Shown: positions 10,970 through 23,348, numbered from the whole stretch's first letter. The stretch: 63,727 nucleotides of DNA, filler included, from Octopus bimaculoides (GCF_001194135.2; 6 parts of 6 records of this genome joined end to end with filler, not necessarily neighbours in it); one strand, 5' to 3'. Made by a program: numbers and translations. Notes: generated from the letters alone by a model not told the origin.

Positions 10970-13000
10970 ACAATCTGAGGCAACAATACCACCATTCCCC
11001 GGACCTATCCCATACAACCTCACAGACAACTCATGCAAACAAAACTGCAACCAACATTTTTAGCTCCACATCAGAGACACCAGGACAAAGGTTGAAACCA
11101 GGTGACCAGGAAAACCCGAAGATAATAAACCTCTCAACTAAACCTCTTTCAATCACAAAAATAGACAACCTCTCAAAAGGGTTAAAATTCAGCCCAACTC
11201 CACGTAGTGCCAACCAAAATGAAGGATAGTATAATATAATTCTGTAGAAAACTAAGACTCACAGAAGCATTAACCAATTACAATACTGAAGATGACTCAC
11301 TAATCAAAAACAAAAGTGAACACATCCCCTACAAAGGGAGAAATATTGATGAATTCTGCAACCACATTGAGAACTTTTCCTACCGGACCATGCATAAACA
11401 GACATTTACCTCAAACTTTAACACTACACAATGGAAGGAACTAACAGAACCTCAAAATAATGAAGATATAACAATTAGGGAAGTAGATAAAGGAAGTGCA
11501 GTGGTAGTAATGGACACATTATACGATAGAAACCGAGAAAGAAAATGACAGTCAACATTACGAAAAAACCACAAGCTACACCCCGCAAAAAAATAAGGAA
11601 AACCTTGTACTCACTAATTAAAACCCATGGGAAAGAACTGATAACCAAAGAAATCGACTATTTAACAAACTTTAAATGCAAACCTAGCCTTTTCTATTGT
11701 CTACCAAAAACCCTCAAAAGCCAGATCATATATGAAACCATAAAAAAATCACCAAAGACGTACATACATACACCAAACCCAGGGGACTTAAAATTACGGC
11801 CCATTATAACTGGCCCAGCCTGTGAAACACACAAAGTCTATTTATGGATATCCTCCTAAAACCCTTCCTTAAACACATCAATAGCTATATCAGTGATGAC
11901 TTGGATATGTTAAATCACCTCTCCAAAAAAGTCAAGGAAAAAACAATCACGGTTTCATTTGATGTAATTAATTTATATACCAGTATACCTCATAATTATG
12001 GGCTAGAGGCAATTCAGTTCTGGCTGGACCAATATCCGGAAGAAAGACCGGAAAAGATCAGCAAAGAATTCATTATTGAATCCGTTGAATTCATCCTACA
12101 AAACAACCACTTCATGTTTGACAACACATTTTATCGACATTAATACGGAATTGCCATGGGCACTAGGGCAGCCCCGGTCATTGCGAACCTAACAATGGGC
12201 TATCTGGAAATAATAATATACCAGGAATCTTTATCTACCTTTGGAAACCCCCTTTCCCAATGCATAAAAAATAATTGGAAAAGATTCCTAGAGGATGGAA
12301 TCAGACGTGCAACACAAATCGACATAGAAACCTTAAAAAAAGTTCAACACATCAACACAACTTCCCCGAAAATACTACCATACATATCCACATGAACTCC
12401 AGAAACAAAGAAGCCTTCACCATCATCACCCAAAATTTACCAACTCTACAGAAGAACCCCAAATTAAAGGAAATTTTACACACGGATAAGATCATTAAAA
12501 TCCACAAACAACCGAAATCACTAAAAAAAGATCTCCACAAAGGCAAAATTATTTTCTAAAATGAGGGACGCAAAAGTGACAAAAATGTGGTCGACGAAAT
12601 TGCACAACATGCCCAAACCTTCTAGAAGGATCAGAATTCTTTTTCAAAGAGAGAAAAAAATTCAAAATAAAATCTGACATTACTTGTTCCTCAGAAAACT
12701 TGATTTATGTTATAAGATGCTTTGATTGGTACTAAAACAACATAGGGTCCACGGGGTTATCGCTCAGACGCAGATGCACTGTGCACCGACAGCAAATTGC
12801 ATTCCCAGAATACAGAATGATACCCTTTAGTGAACACATTGAGAAATGCGCAAAGCAACTGCTACAAGAATTGGTAATCTTTGCATTTTATCAATGTGCC
12901 ACTGGAACACCAACACAAGTTAGATTAAATAAGGAAACCTACTTCATTGAAAAATATAAGGCAAAACTTAATCATTTCTAGCATTTTTAAATAAGGAAAC
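10696..13000 (+). mobile_element. Penelope-like element (RT plus GIY-YIG), frameshifted, internally deleted, with an (AC)n tract at about 10888-10968
   Basis: GLKFSPTP, IREVDKGSAVVVMD, KLRPIITGP, VSFDVINLYTSIPH, FILQNNHFMFD, MGTRAAPVIANLTMGYLE, then the GIY-YIG tail HRQQIAFPEYR...FIEKYKAKLN. Confidence 0.92.
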
Positions 13001-13387
13001 TTACCTCATTGAACAAGATATAAAGCAAAAGCTAACCACTTCTAACATTCTATTCTTTCTAAACCAAATCATGTTAAATTGATACAACCTAGTCATTCCC
13101 AATATTTTTGATTACCTCCCTGATACCGAAAAATTGCCTGATTACCTTCCCCTGTCTGGAACTCTCATACTTCACATCATAGCGAATAGATGATACAATA
13201 TCGGTAAAATAATTTGAAAAGAAAATACGAAACTGGTTATTTCTCCACAAAGAATGTTCTATACTCAAAATTTTATAACATTATTCTAAGATAACGATTT
13301 AAATATATTCTTCAGCCATATAACACAAGGTGTCTGGAGTTTTTTCACTGTATTTTGTCTTATATATATATATATTTGTGTGTGTGT

Positions 13388-13428
<41 letters not shown>

Positions 13429-14012
13429 TACATGGATGTATGCATACAGCCCAAAGATACATTTTGTAATGCATTTCATATGAAATATATTGTATATATG
13501 TGTAGGAACGTTGCGTCCAAAAAATCAATAACAACAACAATAATAAAAACAACAGTTGCAGGTTTGAAGCGTCTAGCAGATAAAGGCAGACAGTTATATT
13601 GAATAGAATAGGTCTGCTAGTGGATTGATGTATGATGTTTCTATTATGCAACGTTCGAGAAGCTTTACAATGATGATGTGATAGGTTGGTTACTGAATAG
13701 AAAATGGAAGGTTCTTAGTAATGGCTGCTAGTTACATCATTCCATATGACATCAGTTGTAATAAATATCGGAAGAATAAAATCACGCCCACAAAACATTC
13801 ACACGCGAACACACAAACACATGGTCGATTTCTGTCTGTCTGTCTCTCTCTCTCTCGCCGCTCCCTTCTCACTATTTCTCCCATATATTTTCCCGTACAC
13901 ACATAACGACGGGAATACATATGCATGTATATGTGTGTATGTGTGTGTGTGAGTGTGTGTGTGTGTGTGTGTGTGTACGTTGATCCATATATGCATACTT
14001 GCTCTTCAAAAA

Positions 14013-14112
14013 NNNNNNNNNNNNNNNNNNNNNNNNNNNNNNNNNNNNNNNNNNNNTTAATTAATTAANNNNNNNNNNNNNNNNNNNNNNNNNNNNNNNN
14101 NNNNNNNNNNNN
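14013..14112. other. Artificial scaffold-join spacer (44 N + TTAATTAATTAA + 44 N)
   Basis: An identical 100-bp structure occurs five times; TTAATTAATTAA gives stop codons in all six frames. Confidence 0.95.
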
Positions 14113-14276
14113 AGTGGTGGTGGTTGAGGCAGCAGCAGTTGACTCAGAATCATTGCTCTTCTTCATCACTTGTCTGCGTTCATGCGGAACGGCATTAAGT
14201 GTTTTCGCCTCTGGCATTAGGAGCGGGAAGTCGGCCTCGTTGAAAACCTTAGCCATATTCGTTTTAAAGAATATGG
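14113..14276 (-). CDS. Candidate coding exon of an unidentified protein, truncated by the scaffold end
   Basis: Pyrimidine-rich acceptor TCTTCCTCGTTCCTAG| at 14277-14278, then an open, non-repetitive frame AIFFKTNMAKVFNEADFPLLMPEAKTLNAVPHERRQVMKKSNDSESTAAASTTTT. No homolog recognised. Confidence 0.4.
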
Positions 14277-14718
14277 CTAGGAACGAGGAAGATATGTTTG
14301 AATTTTTGGAAATAAGGCTCTAAATAGAGCTATTTCCGATTTGAAAAATATATGTTCACGAAGTATTTTGTGTTATACACAACTTATACAAAATTTTAAA
14401 ACAAAATAGGTCTTTTAAGAGGTGAAAAATGCAACTTACATGGGAGCCGATGTGTCTACCGTCCGTCCATGATGATAGATAGATATAGATAGATAGATAT
14501 ATAGATACATACATATATGTATACATACTTAAATACGTATGAACATACACACATATACATAAATACATACATATATACATACATATATACATACACACAT
14601 ACATACACATACATACACACACATACATGCATACATACATACATACATACATACACACACATACATATATACATACATAAATACTTATGCATACATATAT
14701 ACATACATAAATACTTAC

Positions 14719-14757
<39 letters not shown>

Positions 14758-14869
14758 TACATATATACATACATATATATATACATGCATAAATACATAC
14801 ACATACACATATATACGTACAGAGAGAGAGAGAAAGAGAAAGAGAGGGAAAGAGAGAGTGAAGATACAT

Positions 14870-15185
14870 GTCATAGTGGTTAGAGTACTTGTCCCACGAT
14901 CATAAGGGTGTAAGTTCAATTCCCAGTGATGTGTTGTGTCCTTGAGCAAGGCACTTTATTTCACAATGCTCCAGTTCTCAGCAGACAAAAAATGAGTGGT
15001 ACCTGTAATTCAAAGGGGGGGGGGCAGCCTTGTCACATTCTGAGTCTTTCAGAATCCCCTTGAAAGCTATGCTAATCGTACATGCGTCTGTGGGGTTCTC
15101 AGCCACTTGCATGTTAATTTCCTGTGCAGAGTGTTCCAAGGATCAGCCCAACTGGAGCACTCCTCATCGTAGCCGACAGAGTGCC
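14870..15185 (+). mobile_element. tRNA-derived SINE (family C)
   Basis: A-box-like TAGTGGTTAGAG and B-box-like GTTCAATTCCC, followed by the conserved body GTGTCCTTGAGCAAGGCACTTTATTTCAC; the 3' part recurs at 58895-59060. Confidence 0.75.
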
Positions 15186-15216
15186 AGTTATGTTTATATA
15201 TGTATATAGCAACAAA

Positions 15217-15610
15217 CCTGGCTATGTGGTAAGAAGTTTGCTTCCCAACCACATGGTTTCAGGTTCTGTCCCACTGAATGGCACCTTGGTCAAGTAACTC
15301 CTACTATAGCCTCAGGCCAACAAAAGCTTTAGCAATGGATTTCATAAGAGGAAACTGAAAGAAGCTTGTTGTATATATGTATATGAATGCGTGTGTGTTT
15401 CTGTCTGTCTGTCCCGACCACCACCACCATTTGACAATCAATACTGCTTTATTCATGTCCTCATAACTTAGCAGTTGAGCCAAAGAGATTGATAGAGTAA
15501 ACATCAGATTAAAAAAAATAAGTAATTACGCTGATTTGTTCAACTAAACCCACCAAAGTAGTGCCCCAGCTTGGCCACAGTCCAATGACTGAAACAAGTA
15601 AAAGGTAAAA
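15217..15610 (+). mobile_element. tRNA-derived SINE (family A) with 3' body
   Basis: Head GGCTATGTGGTAAGAAGTTTGCTTCCCAACC..GGTTC..TCCCACTG..GGCACCTTGG is repeated at 22399, 46252, 55667 and 56930. Confidence 0.85.
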
Positions 15611-16179
15611 TATATATATATATACACATATGCACAGATGTGCACCTTGCTGCATACAGATGTGCACCCTGCTGCAATTTCACACAAACAAATATGACCG
15701 ATGACTCCTCATATATATCACATTTGGGGTCAGTTTTCTAAACAGCTAGTTTACAAATGGTTGCTAAAAGGTTCCTGGCTTTAAGGGTATTGCAAAAGAC
15801 CTGGCTGGAAGCCAAGCCTTCCAAGTTCTTTCTCAGGGCTTTGAAAGACTGAAGGACTGCTGTGTGAATCCGAGAAGGAAATATGTTGAATATTGTAATT
15901 AACTTATCCTCCTGTATTTTTTTTTTTACTCAATGCCAGGGACTTTTCCCCACTCCCTCAAAGAATAATAATGCTAATGTAAACCTATTGTGGAATAATT
16001 CCTAAAATTAAATTTCAAACATCTCTTTATGCCTTAATGTAAATGCAGGCAGGGCCAAAGCTTTCAGAGTGGTACTCAGCCAGGCCACGCTCGAAAACCG
16101 AAACCAGTAAGAGCTAAAAGTAAGAAATAGAAAATAAGGATTTCATCAATTACATAATTCAGTAGTCATCATCATCATC

Positions 16180-16470
16180 ATCACCATTTAGCGTCTGTTG
16201 TCCATGCTGGCATGGGTTGGACGGTTTGACTAGGACTGGTAAGATGAGGGGCTTCACCAGACTCTAGCCTGATTTGGCATGATTTCTATGGCTGGATGCC
16301 CTTCCTGACACCAACCACTCCAAGAGTGTAAGGGGTGCTTTTATGTGCCACTGGCACGGGTGTCAGTTTGCATGCCACCAGTATCTGCATGAATGTGATT
16401 TCACTTGGTTTGATGGGTTTCCTTCTCAAGCATAGCATATTGCCAAAGGTCTTGATCATTTGTCTTGCCT
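16180..16470 (-). mobile_element. 3' end of RTE-clade LINE or RTE-tailed SINE with (GAT)n tail
   Basis: Shares GGCTGGATGCCCTTCCT..CCAACCAC with 17620-17900; (CAT)n on the + strand at its 3' end. Confidence 0.75.
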
Positions 16471-16767
16471 CCATGAGGTCTTGATCATTTGTCTTGCCTC
16501 CATGAGGTCTTGATCATTTATATTGTCTTTATGAGGTCTTGGCCATTTGCCTTGCCTCCATGAAGTCTTGGCCATTTGCCTTGCCTCCATGAGGTCTTGC
16601 TCATTTGTCTTGCCTCCATGAAGTCTTACTCATTTATCTTGCCTCCATGAGCTCTTGGTCATTTGCCTTGCCTCCATGAAGTCTTGCTCATTTGTCTTGC
16701 CTCCATGAGGTCTTGCTCATTTGTCTTGTCTCCATGAGGTCTTGGCCAAATTGCCTTGTCTCCATGA
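16447..16767. repeat. 29-bp minisatellite, about 11 copies (AGGTCTTGRYCATTTGYCTTGCCTCCATG)
   Basis: Directly visible tandem array. Confidence 0.95.
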
Positions 16768-17281
16768 GTATGTATATAAACTCAGCTGAGTTAGGCCAAC
16801 AAATTAAAAAGCTTGAAGTATTCTCAGTTCACCACCAGTGACAAATTTATCTTTCATTCTTCCAGTTTAGATAAAATAAATTGCTCATTGGATAAGGAAC
16901 AATTTGCACTGTGTGGGGGCCCAGCCTGTCAAAGAATAGACCCGACATTTCCTCTGCATGTCGTAAAAGGTGACTGAAAGAGATCAAGTTAGGGTTTGCA
17001 CTCCATTCTCATAAAAACCCTCACCAGTGATCATTATCCAAACAGAGTCATGGGTTGGACGTTTGTCACCTGAGTGGTGCGAAGGAGTCATCCACCAGGA
17101 AGAGGGAATCACCAACAAAACAATAAATGAAGTGATGCACTGTTACATCACGTGGCCCCATACCAGCACTACCACCACCACCACCACTACTACTACTAAG
17201 AGTCTACTTAATCTATGATACACACATTTCAAATTTATAGTTTTGTGTCTCATCTTTATATTTCTTATTTGTTTATTACAG

Positions 17282-17524
17282 ATAAAAATCCTTGCGGATC
17301 CAATAATGGTGGATGCAGCCACCTTTGTCTCCATTCACCACCTGATGACTATGTCTGTGCATGTCCAGACTTTTTTTTCTTGGATGCAGATAACAAGACA
17401 TGCATTGCCAATTGCAGCACTTCTCAGTTCCGTTGTGGAAAGGGTGATGCACGATGTATTCCGTTCTATTATAGATGTGACCAAGTTGTTGACTGCCATG
17501 ATGGCTCAGATGAATTAAACTGTC
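17282..17524 (+). CDS. Exon of a large LDL-receptor-related protein (LRP1/LRP1B/LRP2-type): EGF-like repeat plus LDLa repeat
   Basis: TTACAG| acceptor and |GTAAGA donor; 243 nt, phase 1-1. Encodes [69 protein letters not shown], which resembles the EGF-to-LDLa-cluster-IV junction of LRP1/LRP2. Confidence 0.95.
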
Positions 17525-17589
17525 GTAAGAATATTAAAATAATAATCATGAAGAATATTAATCCTCAATAATTAATCCTCAACATCACC

Positions 17590-18880
17590 ATCATCAATAT
17601 CATCATTATCATCATCATCATCATCATTTAACATCCATTGTCTGTGGGTTGGACAGTCTGACCAGGGCTGGTAAGCTGAGGGGCTGCACCAGGCTCCAGT
17701 CTGATTTGGCATGGTTTCTATGGCTGGATGCCCTTCCTAATGCAAACCACTCTGAGAGTATAATAGGTGCTTTTTCGTGCCACCAGCATGGGTGCCAGTT
17801 GCGTGACACCAATATCTGCCACAATTATGAGTTTGCTTGGCTTGATGGGTCTTCTACTCAAGAGCAGCGTATTGCCAGAGGTTTCTCTCATTTGTCATTG
17901 TCCCCGTGAGGACCAGCACTTGAAAGGCGATTTTTACGTGCCACTGGTATCAGCCACATTACCTCCATAAGGCCCAATGCACAAAAGGTGCTTCTTATGT
18001 GCCACCGGCACAGGTACCAATTACATGACATCAGCCATGACTATGATTTCACTTGTCTTCCCCTGCACGGCATATCACCAAAGGTCTTGGTCACCAGTCA
18101 GAGCCTCTGTGAGGCCCAGTGTTTGAAGATCATGCTTCACCACTATATCCCATGTCTTCCTGGGTCTCCCTCTTCCACAGGTTCGCCCCACAGTTAAAGA
18201 TCAACTTTCCTTTATGCATCTGCCCTCATTCATACATATCACATGACCATACCAGCGCAGCTGTCTCTCTTGCACACCACATCTGATGCCTTTTATGCCC
18301 AACTTTTCTCTCAAGATGCACACTGACATTGCACATCCAGTGAAGTGCGCTGGCTTAATTTCTTTCAGGCCTACGCATGTCCTCAGCAGTTACAACCCAT
18401 GTTTCACTGCTGTGTAGCATAGCTGTTCACACACAGGCATCATACAGTTGTGGGGCATAGGCAGAGGTGTTTGTTACTATGCTATTCTGAAAAACTAGTC
18501 TGAGCTTAAGTACCCTATCACATACCCTGACTACCTCAATCACCTTACTTACCCATTTCTCTGCTAGAAGTGTGCCAACACCTCCTCCCCCATTACAGTT
18601 GCCCTCCCAGAAGAGTTTATACCAATGCCTTTTGCCTGTGAGGAAGCTGGCTGAAGCGACTCTCCACTGAACTTCTTGGATACAGCACACATCAACATGT
18701 TTCCTTTCAAGCATCTCAACAATCTCCCCAGACTTAGCTTTCAATGGGCCAACATTGACCATACTGAGTCTGACTGAATGTAAAGGGAAACCAGGGGGTA
18801 ATGTGGAGAAGAGGAACTGCAGCTTTCGGCATCTGAAAAGAAGGTTGTAATGAGCATTTGCCACCAAACGTGTCATAGCA
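17590..18880 (-). mobile_element. RTE-clade LINE with a large internal deletion (APE fused to RT C-terminus), in the LRP intron
   Basis: APE motifs NVGPLK..DVCCIQEVQWR..GVGTLLAEKW..SAYAPQ join to LYDACV; then LRWYGHVM and RGRPRKTW, the 3'UTR and a (GAT)n tail. Confidence 0.88.
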
Positions 18881-18983
18881 GTTGTTCTCTCATTATTCCA
18901 CCATCAATTAATTTACGATATGCATAAAACATATTAAAATAATAATTATAACGTTTTACATCCATTTTAGCTAACAGTGATTT

Positions 18984-19049
<66 letters not shown>

Positions 19050-19579
19050 GGTTGTTTATGCTTTTTATGCATGTTTCATTAAATACATCATTGTATTCAA
19101 ATTTAACATCTTTCTTTAGCTTTTAACGGTTGAAAACAATGGATTCCTTCACAGTCTCTTTTCTGGAGAATTAAACTGAATGTATTTGGCATTTGTGTTG
19201 CTTCTTATGTAATGATTGAATTTATGAAGCCTTTCCTGCCAAAGTTTACAGCTTGGTGCCCTTCCTAATGCCAACCACTTTACAGAGAGAGTCGGATGCT
19301 TTTTTTTTGTGACTCAAGCACCAGTGGGTTCCCGAAGTAACTTACAAGATAAAGACTCCTCCGCTGGTGGGAGTGGCACTGAAGGGAGTGGCAGGTTTGT
19401 GCCAATTGATGAAAAGTTAAAAGAATAATAGGGGGATAGTGATAGGTGTCACTATCTGTAGAAGAGATACAAAGATACCCCAGCTGGAAGGGACAGGAGA
19501 GAAAGACAGAGATGGAGAAATTGAGAGAGGTTGTTGTGGATATGTGTCAGGACATACCCTATAACCTTATGTATGTATA

Positions 19580-19623
<44 letters not shown>

Positions 19624-19859
19624 TCTCATATAATGATATCTCCACAATGTATTTGTGAGATAAACATGTAATCGTTACCAAAATAGCAAAGATTTCTCCC
19701 CAAAGGTCTATAGTAGATTCCTTATGGATCGATCTCTTTGGTTATATATCAAAAATTTAAATGAGAGTTTTGACGCTAATATCCATTATTATTGAAGTTT
19801 ATTACCTATGTCAACATTTCTGTATAAGGTTAGATTTAACTGTCAATTCAAGTTAAATA

Positions 19860-20052
<193 letters not shown>

Positions 20053-20470
20053 TAGTGTATGAGAAAAAGGAACCAGAGAAACTGACATATAGACATCAAT
20101 TCATTAGAACATAATCCGATTCTAAACAATATCAAACTCAATTTCACCTACAATTATTTCCTTACACAATTAATTTAAGAAATTAAATTAAATTAAATCA
20201 TATATCAATTTCTCTGTTTTCTTTCTCCCATACATAAAAAATAGTATACCCATAACCATCAATGTGAAGCTAACATGTTTTGTTCTTCACTGATGTACTC
20301 GATAAAACCAGGGAACTTGGATGCTGACATCCTTTTAAGAGGATTTATATCCTTCATTTAATTAGAATATTTATAGAGAGAGAGTGAGAGAGGGTGGGTT
20401 GATAGATACACACGCACACACTTAGATATGTTTATGTGTAGTATTTTTCTATATATGGCTTTTATTTTAG

Positions 20471-20710
20471 CGGAATCCACATGTCAGCCACACACTTTTA
20501 CCTGCAACAATCGAAACTGCACATATTTCTACCAGATATGTGATTCAAAAGATGATTGTGGTGATGGATCTGATGAATATAGGTGTGACGAAAATCACTG
20601 TGCCCCCTGGTTATTTCGGTGCAATAGTGGCTACTGTGTGTACCGTTCCTGGCAGTGTGATGGTATCAATGACTGCTTGGATAATTCAGATGAAGACATA
20701 GCCCTTTGTG
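20471..20710 (+). CDS. Next exon of the same LRP gene: two LDLa repeats
   Basis: TTTTAG| acceptor and |GTGAGA donor; 240 nt, phase 1-1. Splices in frame to the previous exon (ELNC-P-ESTC). Encodes CQPHTFTCNNRNC..CDSKDDCGDGSDE..CAPWLFRCNSGYCVYRSWQCDGINDCLDNSDEDIALC. Confidence 0.95.
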
Positions 20711-22398
20711 GTGAGAATATTTTCATTGTTCCTTCAAATAAATTATTTGCCCTTTTATCTTGCTAGATTTCCATTTCATTTAAACCCTTAATATTCAGAG
20801 AACTCTGTCAAATGTAAAGCCTATTTATTCAAATAGTTTTGTTTTAATCACAGACAATCTCTTAGTTTTAACATTTCAATGATGTGATTGTTTATTTTTA
20901 GAATGATGTTGTAGGGTAAGTGTTTGAACATAAAGTAGGTTACATATTAGGACCACAAATAGTCAATTGAAATGCTAAAGGGTTGAATGTTCATTTTTTT
21001 TTTTTCCTGGATTCCTTAATTTGGCATCACAGATTTTTTTTCTTTTTTACCTTCTTTTACTTATTTAAGCCATAGGATTGCAGCCAGCCTGTGGCTCTGC
21101 CTTGTATGGTTTAGTCAAACAAATTGACTTTTTTTCCAAGCGTTGGTGTTTATTCCATCAGCTTCACATAATCACATTACAATTATTAGTTCATCATTTG
21201 ACATGTTTGCATTCTGCACTTGATTCAATTTTTGCCCCACAGACCAATATTATTAGGAGTATAGAATGAAAGCTCAGTCTAAAAAACTTAATTCATTTCT
21301 GAATTACAATGGTAAGAGTTCCAGTTGATTCAATCAACGGAACAGNNNNNNNNNNNNNNNNNNNNNNNNNNNNNNNNNNNNNNNNNNNNNNNNNNNNNNN
21401 NNNNNNNNNNNNNNNNNNNNNNNNNNNNNNNNNNNNNNNNNNNNNNNNNNNNNNNNNNNNNNNNNNNNNNNNNNNNNNNNNNNNNNNNNNNNNNNNNNNN
21501 NNNNNNNNNNNNNNNNNNNNNNNNNNNNNNNNNNNNNNNNNNNNNNNNNNNNNNNNNNNNNNNNNNNNNNNNNNNNNNNNNNNNNNNNNNNNNNNNNNNN
21601 NNNNNNNNNNNNNNNNNNNNNNNNNNNNNNNNNNNNNNNNNNNNNNNNNNNNNNNNNNNNNNNNNNNNNNNNNNNNNNNNNNNNNNNNNNNNNNNNNNNN
21701 NNNNNNNNNNNNNNNNNNNNNNNNNNNNNNNNNNNNNNNNNNNNNNNNNNNNNNNNNNNNNNNNNNNNNNNNNNNNNNNNNNNNNNNNNNNNNNNNNNNN
21801 NNNNNNNNNNNNNNNNNNNNNNNNNNNNNNNNNNNNNNNNNNNNNNNNNNNNNNNNNNNNNNNNNNNNNNNNNNNNNNNNNNNNNNNNNNNNNNNNNNNN
21901 NNNNNNNNNNNNNNNNNNNNNNNNNNNNNNNNNNNNNNNNNNNNNNNNNNNNNNNNNNNNNNNNNNNNNNNNNNNNNNNNNNNNNNNNNNNNNNNNNNNN
22001 NNNNNNNNNNNNNNNNNNNNNNNNNNNNNNNNNNNNNNNNNNNNNNNNNNNNNNNNNNNNNNNNNNNNNNNNNNNNNNNNNNNNNNNNNNNNNNNNNNNN
22101 NNNNNNNNNNNNNNNNNNNNNNNNNNNNNNNNNNNNNNNNNNNNNNNNNNNNNNNNNNNNNNNNNNNNNNNNNNNNNNNNNNNNNNNNNNNNNNNNNNNN
22201 NNNNNNNNNNNNNNNNNNNNNNNNNNNNNNNNNNNNNNNNNNNNNNNNNNNNNNNNNNNNNNNNNNNNNNNNNNNNNNNNNNNGATGATGAGTTGTAATT
22301 GATTAGATGAGATGCAATTAATTAGCACATTTAGATTGTTGATAATCTGGTCATCAACAGTTGTAAAAATAAGTAAAAATCTTTATAGCCAAATACCA

Positions 22399-22560
22399 TG
22401 GCTGCATGGTTAGAAGCTTGCTTTCCAATTATTTGGTCCTGGGTTCAGTCCCACTGCATGGTACCTTGGGCAAGTGTCTTCTGTTGTAGCTGCAGGCTTA
22501 CCAAAACCTTGTAAATAGATTTGGTAGGCAGAAACTGAAAGAAGCCGGTTGTATATCTGT
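22399..22560 (+). mobile_element. tRNA-derived SINE (family A)
   Basis: GGCTGCATGGTTAGAAGCTTGCTTTCC..GGGTTCAGTCCCACTG..GAAACTGAAAGAAGCC. Confidence 0.85.
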
Positions 22561-22899
22561 GTGTGTGTGCATGCATGCATGCAACTGTGCATGCATTCGT
22601 GCATGCATTCATGTGTGAGTGTATGTGTGCATGCAAGTCTGCATGCGTGCGTGTATACCCTTGCCTTGACATCATGTGTTGTTGTAAACAAACATCCCCA
22701 TCATACAAGTGGGATTATTATTTATGTCCTGTCTTCCAACGTAAACCATGTCTGGTTTTGGGAAAATATTTACCTTACTTGGAAACAGGTGAGAGTTGGT
22801 GACAGGAAGAGTATCCTGCCATAAAAAAATCTGCTTCAACAAAATTCCATCTGATCCATGTAAGCATGGAAAAGTGGCTGATAAATGATGAGGATGATG

Positions 22900-23248
22900 A
22901 TATCTGCGAGATTTCTGCGGGACAACCTGTTGAAAGCCACCGACCAGATTTGTGGGTGGTGTAAGGTCCCCTCCTGACCCAGAGTAACGTGGTGGTGGAA
23001 CAAGGAGGTAGACAGGGCTATTAGACAAAAGAAACAGGCTTGGAAGGACTGGAAGAACGGTGGTAGCAGGGAATTGTACCAATGTGCCAGAAGGGAGGCT
23101 AGGCAACAGGTTTATTTAGCCAGAGGGGAAGCAGATAAGAAAAGATTTGCCAATGTTCTGTGCCGTGAGGACCAAAGACTCGAGGTATTTCGTGTTGCAA
23201 GACAGTGTAGGAGAGAGAATAGTGATGTTGTAGGAGAGAAATGTGTTC
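22900..23248 (+). mobile_element. RTE LINE fragment (linker between APE and RT)
   Basis: VTWWWNKEVDRAIRQKKQAWKDWKNGGSRELYQCARREARQQV..EVFRVARQCRRENSDVVGEKCV. Confidence 0.85.
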
Positions 23249-23348
23249 NNNNNNNNNNNNNNNNNNNNNNNNNNNNNNNNNNNNNNNNNNNNTTAATTAA
23301 TTAANNNNNNNNNNNNNNNNNNNNNNNNNNNNNNNNNNNNNNNNNNNN
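23249..23348. other. Artificial scaffold-join spacer
   Basis: 44 N + TTAATTAATTAA (23293-23304) + 44 N. Confidence 0.95.

Noticed and set aside
15740-15900. Possible mariner C-terminal scrap (QGFERLKDC..KYVE)
   Set aside because: Too short and decayed to call with confidence.
4631-16767. Regular short repeats (25 bp and 29 bp) as possible CRISPR-like arrays
   Set aside because: Head-to-tail units with no unique spacers, in a eukaryotic context with no cas genes.
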